In this document: positions 41,186 to 51,545 of the stretch, one piece after another | Layout: each line of letters starts with the position of its first letter | How positions within the stretch are numbered: position 1 is the stretch's first letter | Source of the DNA: Halorarum halobium | Lineage (GTDB): Archaea > Halobacteriota > Halobacteria > Halobacteriales > Haloferacaceae | Length of the DNA: 64,000 nucleotides | Assembly (NCBI RefSeq): GCF_032116555.1 | Contig: NZ_CP134949.1 | Location: 2,170,001-2,234,000, forward strand | Direction: 5' to 3' | Program-made: the position numbers and the translations under genes | The notes under the pieces: generated by a model | The model's input: the letters and a program-made list of their open reading frames with translations, nothing else | Told to the model about the DNA's origin: nothing | Database searches by the model: none

Positions 41186-42385
41186 ATGTCCCGGGCTCCC
41201 ATCGACGCGCGGGTTCTGGTCGCCGTCTCCGATTCCAGACCGGACGTCGATGCGGGGCCCGGCGAGGCGACGGCAGCCGCGCTCGCCGAGGAACTGGGCG
41301 TCGAGACCGTCACCAAGCGAGGGAGGATGGCCGTCGAGTACCTGCGCGAACTCGCCCCGACCGTGGAGTGTATCGTCTGCATGAGCGAGTGTGCCGACTG
41401 CGTCGGAAACCTCACCGACGTCGCTCCCTCGGTCCCGCTCGTCGTCTACGGCGACGAGGCACCGGCGACACCCGTCGACGGGATCGTGGCTCGGGACGGC
41501 GGGCGGGGGGTGCTCGCCGATCGCGTCGCGGACCAGATCCGCCGCGGGAGAGAGCGCGATCGCCTCGACGAGGCGAACACCAAACTGACCGCGCTCAACA
41601 CGTACACCCGTGGGATCACGGCCTGCGAGACGGTCGAGGAGGTGGCCGACACCGTGGTCGCGGCCGTGACGGAGCCGCTGGCGTACGGCGAGTGCGTGCT
41701 CGCGCTGGTCGAGGACGACAAGTTCGTGCCGTACGGCGACACGCTACCGTTCGACCCGGAGGTCACGCTGACGGTCGACGAGGGCGTCGCGGGTCGAACG
41801 TACCGTCGCCAGGAGTCCCAACTCGTCGACGACTACCGGGCGGACGACGATCGGAACCCGCAGGTCCCGCTGGACGGGTCCGTCGCGAGCATCCCGATCG
41901 GCGATCACGGCGTCCTGCAGGTCTCGACCGATCGACAGGAGGCGTTCGACGGACGCGACGTCGAGTTCCTGGAGATCGTCGCCTCACACACGAACGAGGC
42001 GCTCTCGCGGCTCCGCCGGGAGACGGACCTCAGGGTCGAGCGCGACCGGCTGCACGCGTTCTTCGAGGGGCTCCCGGCGCCGACAGTGTACGTCGAGACG
42101 GAGCCTGACGGGACGCCGGTCCTGCGCGAGGCCAACGCCGCGTACGAGGCGGCGTTCCCCTCGGTCGCCGTCGGGGAGCCCGTCGAATCCGCGTTCCCGA
42201 CGGCGACCGAACGGCGGCTGTTCGCCGACGCGATCCGGGCCGAAGAGGTCGTCACCGAGTCGATCGAACGGGACACCGTCACCGAGGGGAACCGGCGGCT
42301 GGATCTGACGATCGTTCCGGTGAGGACGACGGGGCTCGACGCCGCCGGCTTCGGCGTCTACGTCGCCGACGTGACGCTTCCGTAG
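41186..42385 (+). CDS. GAF domain sensor protein (receiver-like, GAF, PAS-like)
   Basis: 'EGVAGRTY...SIPIGDHGVLQV...AFD..DVEFLEIVASH' GAF signature. Confidence 0.75.
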   Translation: MSRAPIDARVLVAVSDSRPDVDAGPGEATAAALAEELGVETVTKRGRMAVEYLRELAPTVECIVCMSECADCVGNLTDVAPSVPLVVYGDEAPATPVDGIVARDGGRGVLADRVADQIRRGRERDRLDEANTKLTALNTYTRGITACETVEEVADTVVAAVTEPLAYGECVLALVEDDKFVPYGDTLPFDPEVTLTVDEGVAGRTYRRQESQLVDDYRADDDRNPQVPLDGSVASIPIGDHGVLQVSTDRQEAFDGRDVEFLEIVASHTNEALSRLRRETDLRVERDRLHAFFEGLPAPTVYVETEPDGTPVLREANAAYEAAFPSVAVGEPVESAFPTATERRLFADAIRAEEVVTESIERDTVTEGNRRLDLTIVPVRTTGLDAAGFGVYVADVTLP

Positions 42386-42540
42386 TCGGCCCCGTCGTCA
42401 GCGCTCGTCGCAGCACCGCCCCCGATCGGCCAGGTGTCGTTCTCCGCGTCGCTTCCCTCGTCGTGCCGCTCGTCGGGGACCCGCCCGACCAGCCGCCTGG
42501 CCCGGCATATTTATCCGACGGCTATCAGTAGCCGGATGCG

Positions 42541-43137
42541 ATGTCCAACGACGACGATCCAGTCGAGACGGCCGAGGACGCGGGGTCGGGTGCCGGGTCC
42601 GGGACCGGGGCGGAACGGGAACCGGAGGCCGAAGGCGGAGCCGGGTCGGGATCGGAAGCCGAAGGCGGTGCCGAGCCGGGGTCGGAAGCCGGAGGCGGTG
42701 CCGAGCCGGGGTCGGAAGCCGGAGGCGAAGCCGAGTCGGGGTCCGAAGCCGGAGGCGTGGGGGAGACTGCACACGACGAGGTGTACTGTTCGAGCTGTGG
42801 CGAGCCGATCAAGCGCGATGCGGAAGTGTGTCCACACTGCGGCGTTCGCCAGCGGGGCGCGGGCGACTCCCCCGAGTTGAACCCGGGAATCTCCGCGATC
42901 GCCTCGCTCGTCATTCCGGGCGCCGGACAGCTCTACAACGGGCAGATGGGCCGCGGTGCCGTCGCGTTCCTCGGCGCCATCGTCGCGGACACGCTCATCA
43001 CGGTGCTCGCGCTCCTGCTCACGTTCATCCTCATCGGACCGCTGTTCTTCTTTCTCATCCCGGTCGTCCACATCGGGATCGCCTACGACGCGTACAACCA
43101 GGCCGAGCGGATCAACGCGGGCGAGATCACCGTCTGA
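42541..43137 (+). CDS. Zinc-ribbon / TM2-like membrane protein with repetitive N-terminus
   Basis: CSSCG...CPHCG; 'IPGAGQLYNGQ'. Confidence 0.8.
   Translation: MSNDDDPVETAEDAGSGAGSGTGAEREPEAEGGAGSGSEAEGGAEPGSEAGGGAEPGSEAGGEAESGSEAGGVGETAHDEVYCSSCGEPIKRDAEVCPHCGVRQRGAGDSPELNPGISAIASLVIPGAGQLYNGQMGRGAVAFLGAIVADTLITVLALLLTFILIGPLFFFLIPVVHIGIAYDAYNQAERINAGEITV
42624..42757 (+). repeat. 30-bp coding tandem repeat (~4.5 units, EPGSEAGGGA)
   Basis: gccgagccggggtcggaagccggaggcggt-like units. Confidence 0.8.
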
Positions 43138-43224
43138 ACCGGGTCGTCCGGCGGCGGCTCCCCGGCGTTTCCTCGAGTCCGAAAGTCCGTTAGAGTCAAA
43201 CGCGACGCCTCCGATACTGCGCCC

Positions 43225-43647
43225 ATGAGCACCCAGGAACAGGAGGAGCGGACCATCCGCTGTCTCATCGCCAAGGTCGGCCTCGACGGCCACGACCGCG
43301 GGGCCCACGTCATCTCCCGGGCGTTCCGCGACGCGGGCTTCGAGGTCATCTACTCGGGGCTCCACCGGGCGCCCGACGAGATCGTGCAGGCCGCCGTGCA
43401 GGAGGACGTCGACGTGCTCGGCATCTCGATCCTGTCGGGCGCACACAACACGCTCGTACCGAAGATCATCGCGGGACTCGAGGAGTACGACGCGTTCGAG
43501 GACACGCTGATCCTCGTCGGCGGCATCGTCCCCGACGACGACCGCGAGGAGCTGCTGGAGATGGGCGTCTCGGCCGTGTTCGGTCCCGGTACGCCGATGG
43601 AGGAGACGATCGAGTTCGTCCGGGAGAACGTCCACGACCGGACATGA
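43225..43647 (+). CDS. Methylmalonyl-CoA mutase B12-binding subunit
   Basis: 'AKVGLDGHDRGA', 'SILSGAH'. Confidence 0.92.
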   Translation: MSTQEQEERTIRCLIAKVGLDGHDRGAHVISRAFRDAGFEVIYSGLHRAPDEIVQAAVQEDVDVLGISILSGAHNTLVPKIIAGLEEYDAFEDTLILVGGIVPDDDREELLEMGVSAVFGPGTPMEETIEFVRENVHDRT

Positions 43648-44798
43648 ACCGCGCCGAATCGGACGGCCAGTCGGCCGAGGGGTCGGACGCGGGGCGGGCG
43701 GGATCCGACGCCGGACGGGACGAGCCGGGCACCGGTCCCGACGGCTCCGGGACCGAGTCGGAACTCGTCGCCGACCTGCTGGAGGGCAAGCACCGGGCGC
43801 TCGCCCGCGTCATCTCCAAGATCGAGGACCGCTCGCCGGGCTATCGGGACATCGTCTCGGAGCTCCACCGGCACACCGGCGAGGCGGAGGTCATCGGCGT
43901 CACCGGCTCGCCCGGCGCCGGGAAGTCGACGCTCGTCGACAAGCTGGCGAAGACGTACCGCGACGACGGGCAGACGGTCGGCGTCATCGCCGTCGACCCG
44001 TCCTCGCCCTACACCGGCGGCGCGGTGCTGGGCGACCGCATCCGGATGGCCTCGAACGTCGGCGACATGGACGTGTTCTTCCGGTCGATGTCCGCCCGCG
44101 GCACGCTCGGCGGGCTCTCGACGGCCACCTCGGACGCCGTGAAGGCGCTCGACGCGTTCGGCAAGGACAAGGTGATCATCGAGACGGTCGGCGCGGGGCA
44201 GAACGAGGTCGACGTCGTCCGGACCGCGGACACGGTCTGCGTGCTCGTCCAGCCGGGGTCGGGCGACGATGTGCAGATGCTGAAGGCGGGCATCCTCGAG
44301 ATCGGCGACGTGTTCGTCGTCAACAAGGCCGACATGGACGGCGCGTCGCGGACCGTCGCCGAACTGGAGGAGATGATCCACATGCGCGAGAGCCCGGCGA
44401 AGAACCTCGACACGGGCCACCACGGCCCGGTGGACGAGGCGGAGATGGCCGAGGTCGCCATCGACGACGCCGACGAGGAGGCGTGGGAACCCGACGTGAT
44501 CGAGACGGTGGCGACCAGCGGCGACGGCATCGCGGACCTCGTCGAGGCGCTCGCGGCCCATCGCACCTGGCTGGAGGAGAGCGGCGCGCTCGCCGAGAAG
44601 GCCCGGACGCGCTACGCCGAGGAGATCAGACAGCTCCTCCGCTCGGACACCGGGCGGCTGCTCGAGGAGGAACTGGCCGAACGCGGCGGCGTGAACGCGC
44701 TCGCGGACCGGGTGCTGGAACGCGAAACCGATCCGTACTCCATCGCCGACGAGGTGATGGGTCCGATCGCCGATTGTGTTCGGGACCGGCGGGAGTAG
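43644..44798 (+). CDS. meaB: Methylmalonyl-CoA mutase-associated GTPase MeaB
   Basis: GSPGAGKST, 'DPSSPYTGGAVLGDRIRM', 'ETVGAGQ', NKAD. Confidence 0.93.
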   Translation: MNRAESDGQSAEGSDAGRAGSDAGRDEPGTGPDGSGTESELVADLLEGKHRALARVISKIEDRSPGYRDIVSELHRHTGEAEVIGVTGSPGAGKSTLVDKLAKTYRDDGQTVGVIAVDPSSPYTGGAVLGDRIRMASNVGDMDVFFRSMSARGTLGGLSTATSDAVKALDAFGKDKVIIETVGAGQNEVDVVRTADTVCVLVQPGSGDDVQMLKAGILEIGDVFVVNKADMDGASRTVAELEEMIHMRESPAKNLDTGHHGPVDEAEMAEVAIDDADEEAWEPDVIETVATSGDGIADLVEALAAHRTWLEESGALAEKARTRYAEEIRQLLRSDTGRLLEEELAERGGVNALADRVLERETDPYSIADEVMGPIADCVRDRRE

Positions 44799-44903
44799 CG
44801 AGGATATCGGTTCTTTTCGTGGATTTGTGGTATCAGTGGTGCTCGTTGGATTGCCCCTTTAGCCCTCAGTCCACGGGGCAGTTCGGTCGTCGTGGAGCAC
44901 GTT

Positions 44904-45406
44904 TCGAAAGCCCCCGGCTGGCTACGCTCCCGCGGACCGCGCTGTGCTCCTCGGCTCGCTACGCTCGCCTGCGGTGCTCGTCTTATCTCGGAGCGAGCTC
45001 CTCGGAACTCACCCTCGCTGCGCTCGCGTGAGCCACGCACGAGCGGCCGCGCTTCGCTTGGCCGTTCACGAGACGCACTGCGTCTCGTGAGCTCACGAGA
45101 GCAAAGCTCTCGTGAACGCCGCGCGCCACACACCTCGTCCAGCAGAGCGGTCGGCGCGTGCCGGCGGGCCTCCGTGCCCGCCGGATGCGCGCGAGGGATG
45201 AGAGAGCGACGGCGAGCGCAGCGAGCCGAGCGAACGAATCGGCTGGGGAGGCATGTGGTTGCCATGCTGTGCGGTGGGTGGGACTGAAAGGGGCCGCGGC
45301 TGTCGACGACGGCGCGGACCGACAAGCACCGCAAGAGGGAGGCCGGAGGCCGACTGATGAGGAGCGCAGCGGCCGCACCGAGTCGACAGCCGCGGGGGCT
45401 TTCGAG
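44904..45406. repeat. Composite intergenic repeat with outward-facing modules and nested double-hairpin inserts
   Basis: Termini tcgaaagcccccg / cgggggctttcga; inverted module 2 at left, modules 1+2 at right. Confidence 0.85.
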
Positions 45407-45553
45407 GCAGTCGAAGCACCGAACGAGTCACTGCCCGCACAGTGAGCCTCAGCTACTTTCGAGACAGTCGAATCGACGACCGACTCAGCCAACTAACGAA
45501 CAACCCATCGAATCGCCGCCCGAACTAAGTCTCTCGCGGCCGAATACCACCCC

Positions 45554-46519
45554 ATGAGCCTCCGTTCGAAACTCTCGACCGCCGCGAAACTTACCCTGCT
45601 GGGCGCGGGCGCGACCGTGGCGACGACCCGAACGCTGCGCCGGCGCGCGGGCGAACTGGAGCCGCCGCTCACCGGCCGGCAGGGGGAGTTCCGCTGGCGC
45701 GGGATCGACGTCGCCTACACCGAGGCGGGCGATCCCGCCGACGAGACGGTCGTGCTGTTCCACGGGATCAGCGCCGCGGGCACCGCCGGCGAGTGGCGCG
45801 AGGCGTTCCCGCTGCTGGCCGAGGAGTACCACGTCGTCGCGCCCGACCTCCCGGGGTTCGGCTGTTCCGACCGGCCGCCGCTGCGCTACTCCGCCGCGCT
45901 GTACGAGGACTTCGTCCGGGACTTCCTGGCGGAGTTCGAGACGCCCCGCGTCGTCGCCTCCTCGCTGACCGGGGCGTACGTCGCCGCGGTGGCGGGCGAC
46001 TCCGACCTGACGGACCTGACGCTGGTCTGTCCGACCGCCACGGCGGGGCCGGAATCGCCGAAGCCGTGGCTCCGGTCGCTCGTCCGCGCGCCGGTGCTGG
46101 GCGAGGCCGCCTTCGGCCTCCTCACGACGAAGGCGTCGATCCGCTACTTCAACGCCGACCACGGCTACTGGGACCCCGACGCGGTCGACCGTGAGTGGAC
46201 CGACTACGAGTGGCGGACGGCCCACCAGCGGAACGCGCGCTTCGCCCCCGCCGCGTTCGTCGCGGGCGAACTCAACAGCGAGATCGATCTGGGCGCGGCG
46301 CTCGCCGACCTCGACGTCCCCGTGACCGTCATCTGGGGGCGGGAGGCGGACCTGCCGCCGCTCTCGGAGGGGCGCGCCCTCGCCGAACGAGCCGACGCGG
46401 AACTGGTCGTCTTCGACGACGCGATGGTGCTCCCGCACGTCGAGTTCCCGCGCGAGTTCGCCGCGACGGTCGCGGGTGATCGCCCCGAAACTGGGACTCA
46501 CATTCATCCGAGCGAGTGA
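45554..46519 (+). CDS. Alpha/beta fold hydrolase
   Basis: 'LFHGI', 'APDLPGFG.S', 'VASSLTG', 'PHVE'. Confidence 0.88.
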   Translation: MSLRSKLSTAAKLTLLGAGATVATTRTLRRRAGELEPPLTGRQGEFRWRGIDVAYTEAGDPADETVVLFHGISAAGTAGEWREAFPLLAEEYHVVAPDLPGFGCSDRPPLRYSAALYEDFVRDFLAEFETPRVVASSLTGAYVAAVAGDSDLTDLTLVCPTATAGPESPKPWLRSLVRAPVLGEAAFGLLTTKASIRYFNADHGYWDPDAVDREWTDYEWRTAHQRNARFAPAAFVAGELNSEIDLGAALADLDVPVTVIWGREADLPPLSEGRALAERADAELVVFDDAMVLPHVEFPREFAATVAGDRPETGTHIHPSE

Positions 46520-46588
46520 ATCGACCGGAGAGGGACCGGACCCGCTAGCGGGAGCGACGAGCCGGAGAGCAGAACTGGATCGAACCGA

Positions 46589-47002
46589 TCAGGCGGGACG
46601 GAACACGACCAGCGGGTCGCCGCCCGGTCCGTCGAGTTCGACGTCGGGAGCCACGGCGTCGCCGATGGCGACCGCCTCGGGCTCGACGTCGCGCAGGACG
46701 CCGGTGAGCCGGACCGGACCGAAGTCGACGACCGCCGAGACGTACGGCGCCTCGTCGGCGAAGGCGGGCGCGGCGACGTGGACCTCCGAGAACGTCGCCA
46801 CGGTCCCGGCCGGCGGCAGGTCGACCCGCGACAGGTCGGTGTCGCCACACTCCGGGCAGACGCGACGCGGCGGGAGCGACCCGTGGCCGTTCGGGCACTC
46901 GAGATGGAAGCCGCCTTCGGCGAGCCCGGCGATCCACTCGTCGTAGCCGCCTTCCCGTGGTTCCGCCGTGGCCGTGTCGGGCCCGTCGGCGTCGTCCGTC
47001 AT
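46589..47002 (-). CDS. DUF35 Zn-ribbon/OB-fold thiolase partner
   Basis: 'CPNGH..LPPRRVCPEC'; overlaps the thiolase stop. Confidence 0.88.
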   Translation of the reverse strand: MTDDADGPDTATAEPREGGYDEWIAGLAEGGFHLECPNGHGSLPPRRVCPECGDTDLSRVDLPPAGTVATFSEVHVAAPAFADEAPYVSAVVDFGPVRLTGVLRDVEPEAVAIGDAVAPDVELDGPGGDPLVVFRPA

Positions 47003-48165
47003 TCCGCCACCTCCAGGACGTGGACGACGGCGCTGGCGACCGTGCCGCCCGCGTTGTGGGTCAACCCGACAGTGGCGTCCGGCACGGCGTCGCTGTTCGG
47101 GTGGTCCCCCCGCAGGATGCGGGTCAGCTCGGCCATCTGTGACCCGCCGGTCGCGCCGACCGGGTGCCCCTTCGCCTTCAGCCCGCCGGAGAGGTTCACG
47201 GGGAGGCGGCCGTCCCGCGTCGTCTCGCCGCGCCGGGCCGCGCCGACCCCCTCGCCGGGTTCGTAGAAACCGAGCGCCTCGAGCGCGGCCACCTCGGCGA
47301 TGGTGAAACAGTCGTGGACCTCGGCGACGTCGACGTCGCCCGGAGTCACGCCGGCGTCGTCGTAGGCCTCGTCGGCCGCGTCGGCCGCGGCCGGGGTCCG
47401 AGCCACGTCCGCGCGGTCCTGGAGCGCTGCGCGGTCGCCGCCCTGTCCGGTGCCGGTGACCGCGACGGGCGCCTCGAGGTCGTGCTCGGCGGCGTACTCG
47501 TCCGAGACGAGCACGAGCGCCGACGCGCCGTCGGTGATGGGACAGGCGTCGAGCAGGCCGAGCGGCGAGGCGACCGTCGGCGCGTCCAGCGCCTCCTCGA
47601 CGCTGATCTCGCGCTGGTACTGGGCGAACTCGTTGTTCACGGCGTTCGCGTGGTTCTTCGAGGCGACGTGCGCGAGGTCCTCGCGGTCGCCGCCGTACTC
47701 GTCGAAGTAGGCGCGGGCCATCAGCGCGTACGCGCCGGGGAACGTGACGCCGGCCCGGACCTCGAACAGTTCGTCCGCCGCGACCGCGAGCGACTCGGTC
47801 ACGTCGGCCGTCGAGAGGTTCGTCATCCGCTCCATCCCGCCGGCCAGCAGCACGTCGGCCTCGCCGGACCTGACCGCCCGGACCGCCTCGCGGATGGCGA
47901 CCCCTGCGGACGCGCAGGCCTCCTCGTACCGGGTGCCGGCACACTGCAGGCCGGCGGCCTCGACCATCAAGGGGGCCTGGTGGCCCTGGCGCTCGGCGAA
48001 CGCGCCCATGAAGTTGCCGTAGTTGAGGTGTTCGACGTCGTGGGGGTCGACGTCCGCGTCGGCGAGCGCGGCGAGCGATGCCTCGGCGAACAGGTCCCTG
48101 CCCTCGCGTCCCTCGTGACTGCCGAACGGGGTGAGACCGACGCCGGCGATTCGGACTCCAGTCAT
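46999..48165 (-). CDS. Thiolase (acetyl-CoA acetyltransferase) domain protein
   Basis: 'EEACASAG', 'EVHDCF', 'KGHPVGATG', 'HNAGG'. Confidence 0.92.
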   Translation of the reverse strand: MTGVRIAGVGLTPFGSHEGREGRDLFAEASLAALADADVDPHDVEHLNYGNFMGAFAERQGHQAPLMVEAAGLQCAGTRYEEACASAGVAIREAVRAVRSGEADVLLAGGMERMTNLSTADVTESLAVAADELFEVRAGVTFPGAYALMARAYFDEYGGDREDLAHVASKNHANAVNNEFAQYQREISVEEALDAPTVASPLGLLDACPITDGASALVLVSDEYAAEHDLEAPVAVTGTGQGGDRAALQDRADVARTPAAADAADEAYDDAGVTPGDVDVAEVHDCFTIAEVAALEALGFYEPGEGVGAARRGETTRDGRLPVNLSGGLKAKGHPVGATGGSQMAELTRILRGDHPNSDAVPDATVGLTHNAGGTVASAVVHVLEVAE

Positions 48166-48366
48166 GGATGAACTAGCGGCTGGCCCGGCTAAAGGCCTGC
48201 CGGAGTCGACACCGCTCGCGCCGATTTTCGCTGGATCCGTACTCGGATCCGGATACCCGTTTTTCCGCGGTGGGGCCGCCTCCGGTGCCCGACGATCGCT
48301 CCCGGCCGAACGTACCGGCCCTTCTCGGATCGGACACTCCGCTCGTCCGGACGGTGGACCGACCTC

Positions 48367-48573
48367 TCAGGTGAGTCCCGTGCCGCCGATGAACAGAAAC
48401 AGCACTCCCAACCCCCGATACAGTCGGACGGGCGCGTCGGATCCGTCAGGTCGGCCGGGGGAGGAACGACGGAGGAACTCGAACCCGAACCCGTGAACCC
48501 TTCCCGGCAGGAACACGTAGACGAGGCCGAGGATTACGGCAGTGACGTATCCGATCTGCCACAGAGTGCTCAT
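48367..48573 (-). CDS. Small two-TM hypothetical protein
   Basis: 68 aa with two hydrophobic helices. Confidence 0.5.
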   Translation of the reverse strand: MSTLWQIGYVTAVILGLVYVFLPGRVHGFGFEFLRRSSPGRPDGSDAPVRLYRGLGVLFLFIGGTGLT

Positions 48574-48713
48574 GTTTCGTGTTCGAACGGTGCTGGTATA
48601 TCCGTAACGGACGGGACGCGTCCAGCCGTCGGCCGAACCCGGAGGAGCCGATAACTGACTTCCGCACGACTACCCGGCACGAACTGCCGTCGAAAACCGC
48701 AGGAAAACCCGAA

Positions 48714-49244
48714 CTACCGGACGAGCAGGTCCTCGCCGCGCTCGACGACGATGCTGCACGGCGGCGACATCTTGTTGTACGCGCGACGGAACGCCTCCTT
48801 CACCGCGTCGGCGTCCTCGGGTTCCACGTAGGCCGTGAACACCGCCTCGTTCACGCTGATGCGGGCGGCGGTGCCCACGGGCTTGCCGAACGACTGGCGC
48901 ATGCCGTCGGAGACGCGGTCCGCGCCGGCGCCGGTCGCCTGCTTGTTCTCCCGGAGCACCTGGTGGGGGAACTTGCGGAGCACCATCTTGTACCCCTCCT
49001 CGCCGATCTCGGTGAGGAGGTGGCGGTTCGCCGAGAGGCGCGCGGACTCGAGCGAGCCGTGGCGGATCTGCACGTCCTCGTCGACACACAGCGAGATCTG
49101 GACCGGGTAGTCCTCGGGGCCGGTCTTCAGGTTCCCCATGTTGTGCTGTGCGATCTTCGAACCCGGAATCCCGGTGATGTACTCCCGTCGCGTGTAGGAC
49201 GGTTTCTCGATCTTCCGGTACATCGAGGCGGGTTTGTCTGACAT
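48714..49244 (-). CDS. rpl10e: 50S ribosomal protein uL16 (L10e)
   Basis: 'YTRREYI.GIPG', '[24 protein letters not shown]'. Confidence 0.97.
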   Translation of the reverse strand: MSDKPASMYRKIEKPSYTRREYITGIPGSKIAQHNMGNLKTGPEDYPVQISLCVDEDVQIRHGSLESARLSANRHLLTEIGEEGYKMVLRKFPHQVLRENKQATGAGADRVSDGMRQSFGKPVGTAARISVNEAVFTAYVEPEDADAVKEAFRRAYNKMSPPCSIVVERGEDLLVR

Positions 49245-49349
49245 GGTTACTTGGCCGGAACGACGGCGCTCCCGCGAATAAAGCCTTCGAACCGCGGTCC
49301 GGAATGTGCCGCCCCGACACGGCGTCTCACGGCCGTCCCGCCCCGCCGG

Positions 49350-50204
49350 TCACTCGTCGCACTCGGCGTTCCCGTCGGTCCGGCCCCGACCGGCGGTTCC
49401 GTCGGCCTCGCCGGAGTCGACGTTTCCGTCCCCGGCCGCATCCCGGACTCCGTCGCCGGCCGCGTCACCTGTCGATCCGTCGCCGGGGACGAGTCGTTCC
49501 ACGGCGACGAAGTCGAGTCCCTCCTCCGCGAGCAGTTCGGCCGCACGGTCGGTGACGGAGGGCGCGACGAGCACGCCCTCGACCGGGGTTCCGTCCGGTT
49601 CCTCCCGCTCGATGGCGCTCACGTAGCGGGCGAGTTGCCCGACGGCGTCGGGGCCGACGCGCCGCCGCTTCAGTTCGACCACGAGCGGGGTGCCGTCCTC
49701 GTCGGTCCCGAACACGTCGATTGGTCCGGCGTCGGTCTCCCGTTCGGTCGCCAGGGGTTCGAACCCGTCGGCGACGAGGTCCGGCCGCTCGAGCACCCGG
49801 GCCTTCAGGTCTGCCTCGCTCCCGGTCACCTCGACGCTCCGGCCTCCCGTGACCGCGTACGCGGCGAGATGTTCGACCGCCGAGAACCGGACCTCGAGCC
49901 GCTCCGAGGGGCTGGTCCGCACGCAGTTCACCCGGAGCGTCCCGTCCCGGACGGCCGCCCGGTGTTCGCTTCCCGGCGGCTGCCAGTTCACGGGCGTCCG
50001 GCCCTCGTCGGTGTGGACCAGCGCGGTACCGTCCGGTTTGAGCACGAGCAGTCGAGCGCCGGGGCCGAGCGAGGACGCGGCCCGGCCGTCGTATTCGACG
50101 GTACACTCGCCGAACACGGACACCGTGTCGCCCCGCCGGAACGCCGCTTCCAGCTCCCAGAGCGTCTCGCGGTGGCTCGGCCGGTGGAGGCTGACGACGC
50201 TCAC
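49350..50204 (-). CDS. nucS: Endonuclease NucS/EndoMS
   Basis: 'YDGRAASSL', 'KPDGT.LVH', 'PVNWQP', 'VVELKR', 'QLARY'; GTG start at 50204 inferred. Confidence 0.92.
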   Translation of the reverse strand: MSVVSLHRPSHRETLWELEAAFRRGDTVSVFGECTVEYDGRAASSLGPGARLLVLKPDGTALVHTDEGRTPVNWQPPGSEHRAAVRDGTLRVNCVRTSPSERLEVRFSAVEHLAAYAVTGGRSVEVTGSEADLKARVLERPDLVADGFEPLATERETDAGPIDVFGTDEDGTPLVVELKRRRVGPDAVGQLARYVSAIEREEPDGTPVEGVLVAPSVTDRAAELLAEEGLDFVAVERLVPGDGSTGDAAGDGVRDAAGDGNVDSGEADGTAGRGRTDGNAECDE

Positions 50205-50418
50205 TCGCTCCACCACCCGGGAGGACGCGGCCGATGCCACCGACGGTTCCGATTCACTGTCCGGGGGTTCGCGCTCGGGGGCGAAAAGCGGCGCGTTTGC
50301 GGGACCGTCGGGTTCGCCGCGGCCGAACGGCGTCGCCGCCGGGTCGACTGGCTACCCGCCGTTCGGCGTTGGCTCGAAAGAAGTGGTTCTCGGTGCCCGG
50401 TGGGGCGTCGGTGCCGAG

Positions 50419-50613
50419 TTACAGGCGCTCGAGGTTCGTCGCGCGGGGGCCCTTGGGGGCCTGCTCGATCTCGAACTCGACCTCCTGGCCCTCCTCGAGG
50501 TCCGGGCCGCCGATGTCTTCCATGTGGAAGAACACGTCGTCGTCCGCGTCTTCGGTGCTGATGAATCCGTAACCGCCGGTGTCGTTGAAGAAGTCGACCT
50601 CTCCACTTGCCAT
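50419..50613 (-). CDS. Cold-shock protein
   Basis: RNP1 'GGYGFI', RNP2 'VFFH'. Confidence 0.95.
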   Translation of the reverse strand: MASGEVDFFNDTGGYGFISTEDADDDVFFHMEDIGGPDLEEGQEVEFEIEQAPKGPRATNLERL

Positions 50614-50825
50614 ACCGGCCAGAGTCGCCCGGAGTGTTTAACCCTTCCGAGATGTCGTTCCCGCGACGGCTCGGGCCGGATCGATGGCCGATCGAAGGTC
50701 GATCAGGGGTCGCCGGGCGTATCACGGCCGACGGTGAGACTGGGCGTCGAGGAGCCGAGCGCTGATGGGGTGGGACTCGTCGAAAAACGCGGTGTCCGCC
50801 GATCGCCGTGTGGCGACGGGGTTCT

Positions 50826-51020
50826 TTACAGGCGCTCGAGGTTCGTGGCGCGCGGGCCCTTGGGGGCCTGCTCGATGTCGAACTCGACTTCCTGTCCTTC
50901 TTCGAGGTCGTCGCCGCCGATGTCTTCCATGTGGAAGAACACGTCGTCGTCAGCGTCCTCAGTCGAAATGAAACCGTAACCGCCCGTGTCGTTGAAGAAA
51001 TCAACCTTGCCTTTCGCCAT
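50826..51020 (-). CDS. Cold-shock protein
   Basis: 60/64 aa identical to the neighbouring copy. Confidence 0.95.
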   Translation of the reverse strand: MAKGKVDFFNDTGGYGFISTEDADDDVFFHMEDIGGDDLEEGQEVEFDIEQAPKGPRATNLERL

Positions 51021-51545
51021 TGCGTCCGTTCTGAACCTGTCTGAACGGATAAAACTTGGTATCTCGTTCGGACCGGCGCGCCGCGGCCGGACGAACCGGA
51101 GCGAGCGCCGCGGAACGCGATCGAACGTGATCCCTGTCGCGGGGCGGAGCCGCTCGTATGGGCCCTCGACCGCGGTCGGACGCTGTCCGCGCGGGTCCCG
51201 GCCCGCCGTCGATTTTCACTCGTGGCTCGGTCCGGAGTCGGTCGGGTCCGTCGTCCGAATCGGGGGTGCCGCAGGTACGATCACCGTACGTGTGGACGCC
51301 GGTCCGCGGACGTGATCCGGGGGACGTCCGTCCCGGCTTGCGGTGGGATCACCATACCAGGCCGTAACTAACCGTTAGGTCGGCGTTCTACGCGGATGCT
51401 AAACATGACAGATTGGAAACTATCATCGTGGCGAACTCGGACGGTCGGCGGAGTGAACAACGAAACGGCGTCGATCCGGTACGGTCGCGTTTCATCGCTG
51501 AAGCGACCAATAACGAAACCGTCCCGAGTCGATGTCCGGAACGCG

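Noticed and set aside
42624..42757. Possible CRISPR array (also 52119-52176)
   Set aside because: Contiguous in-frame coding repeats with no unique spacers and no cas genes
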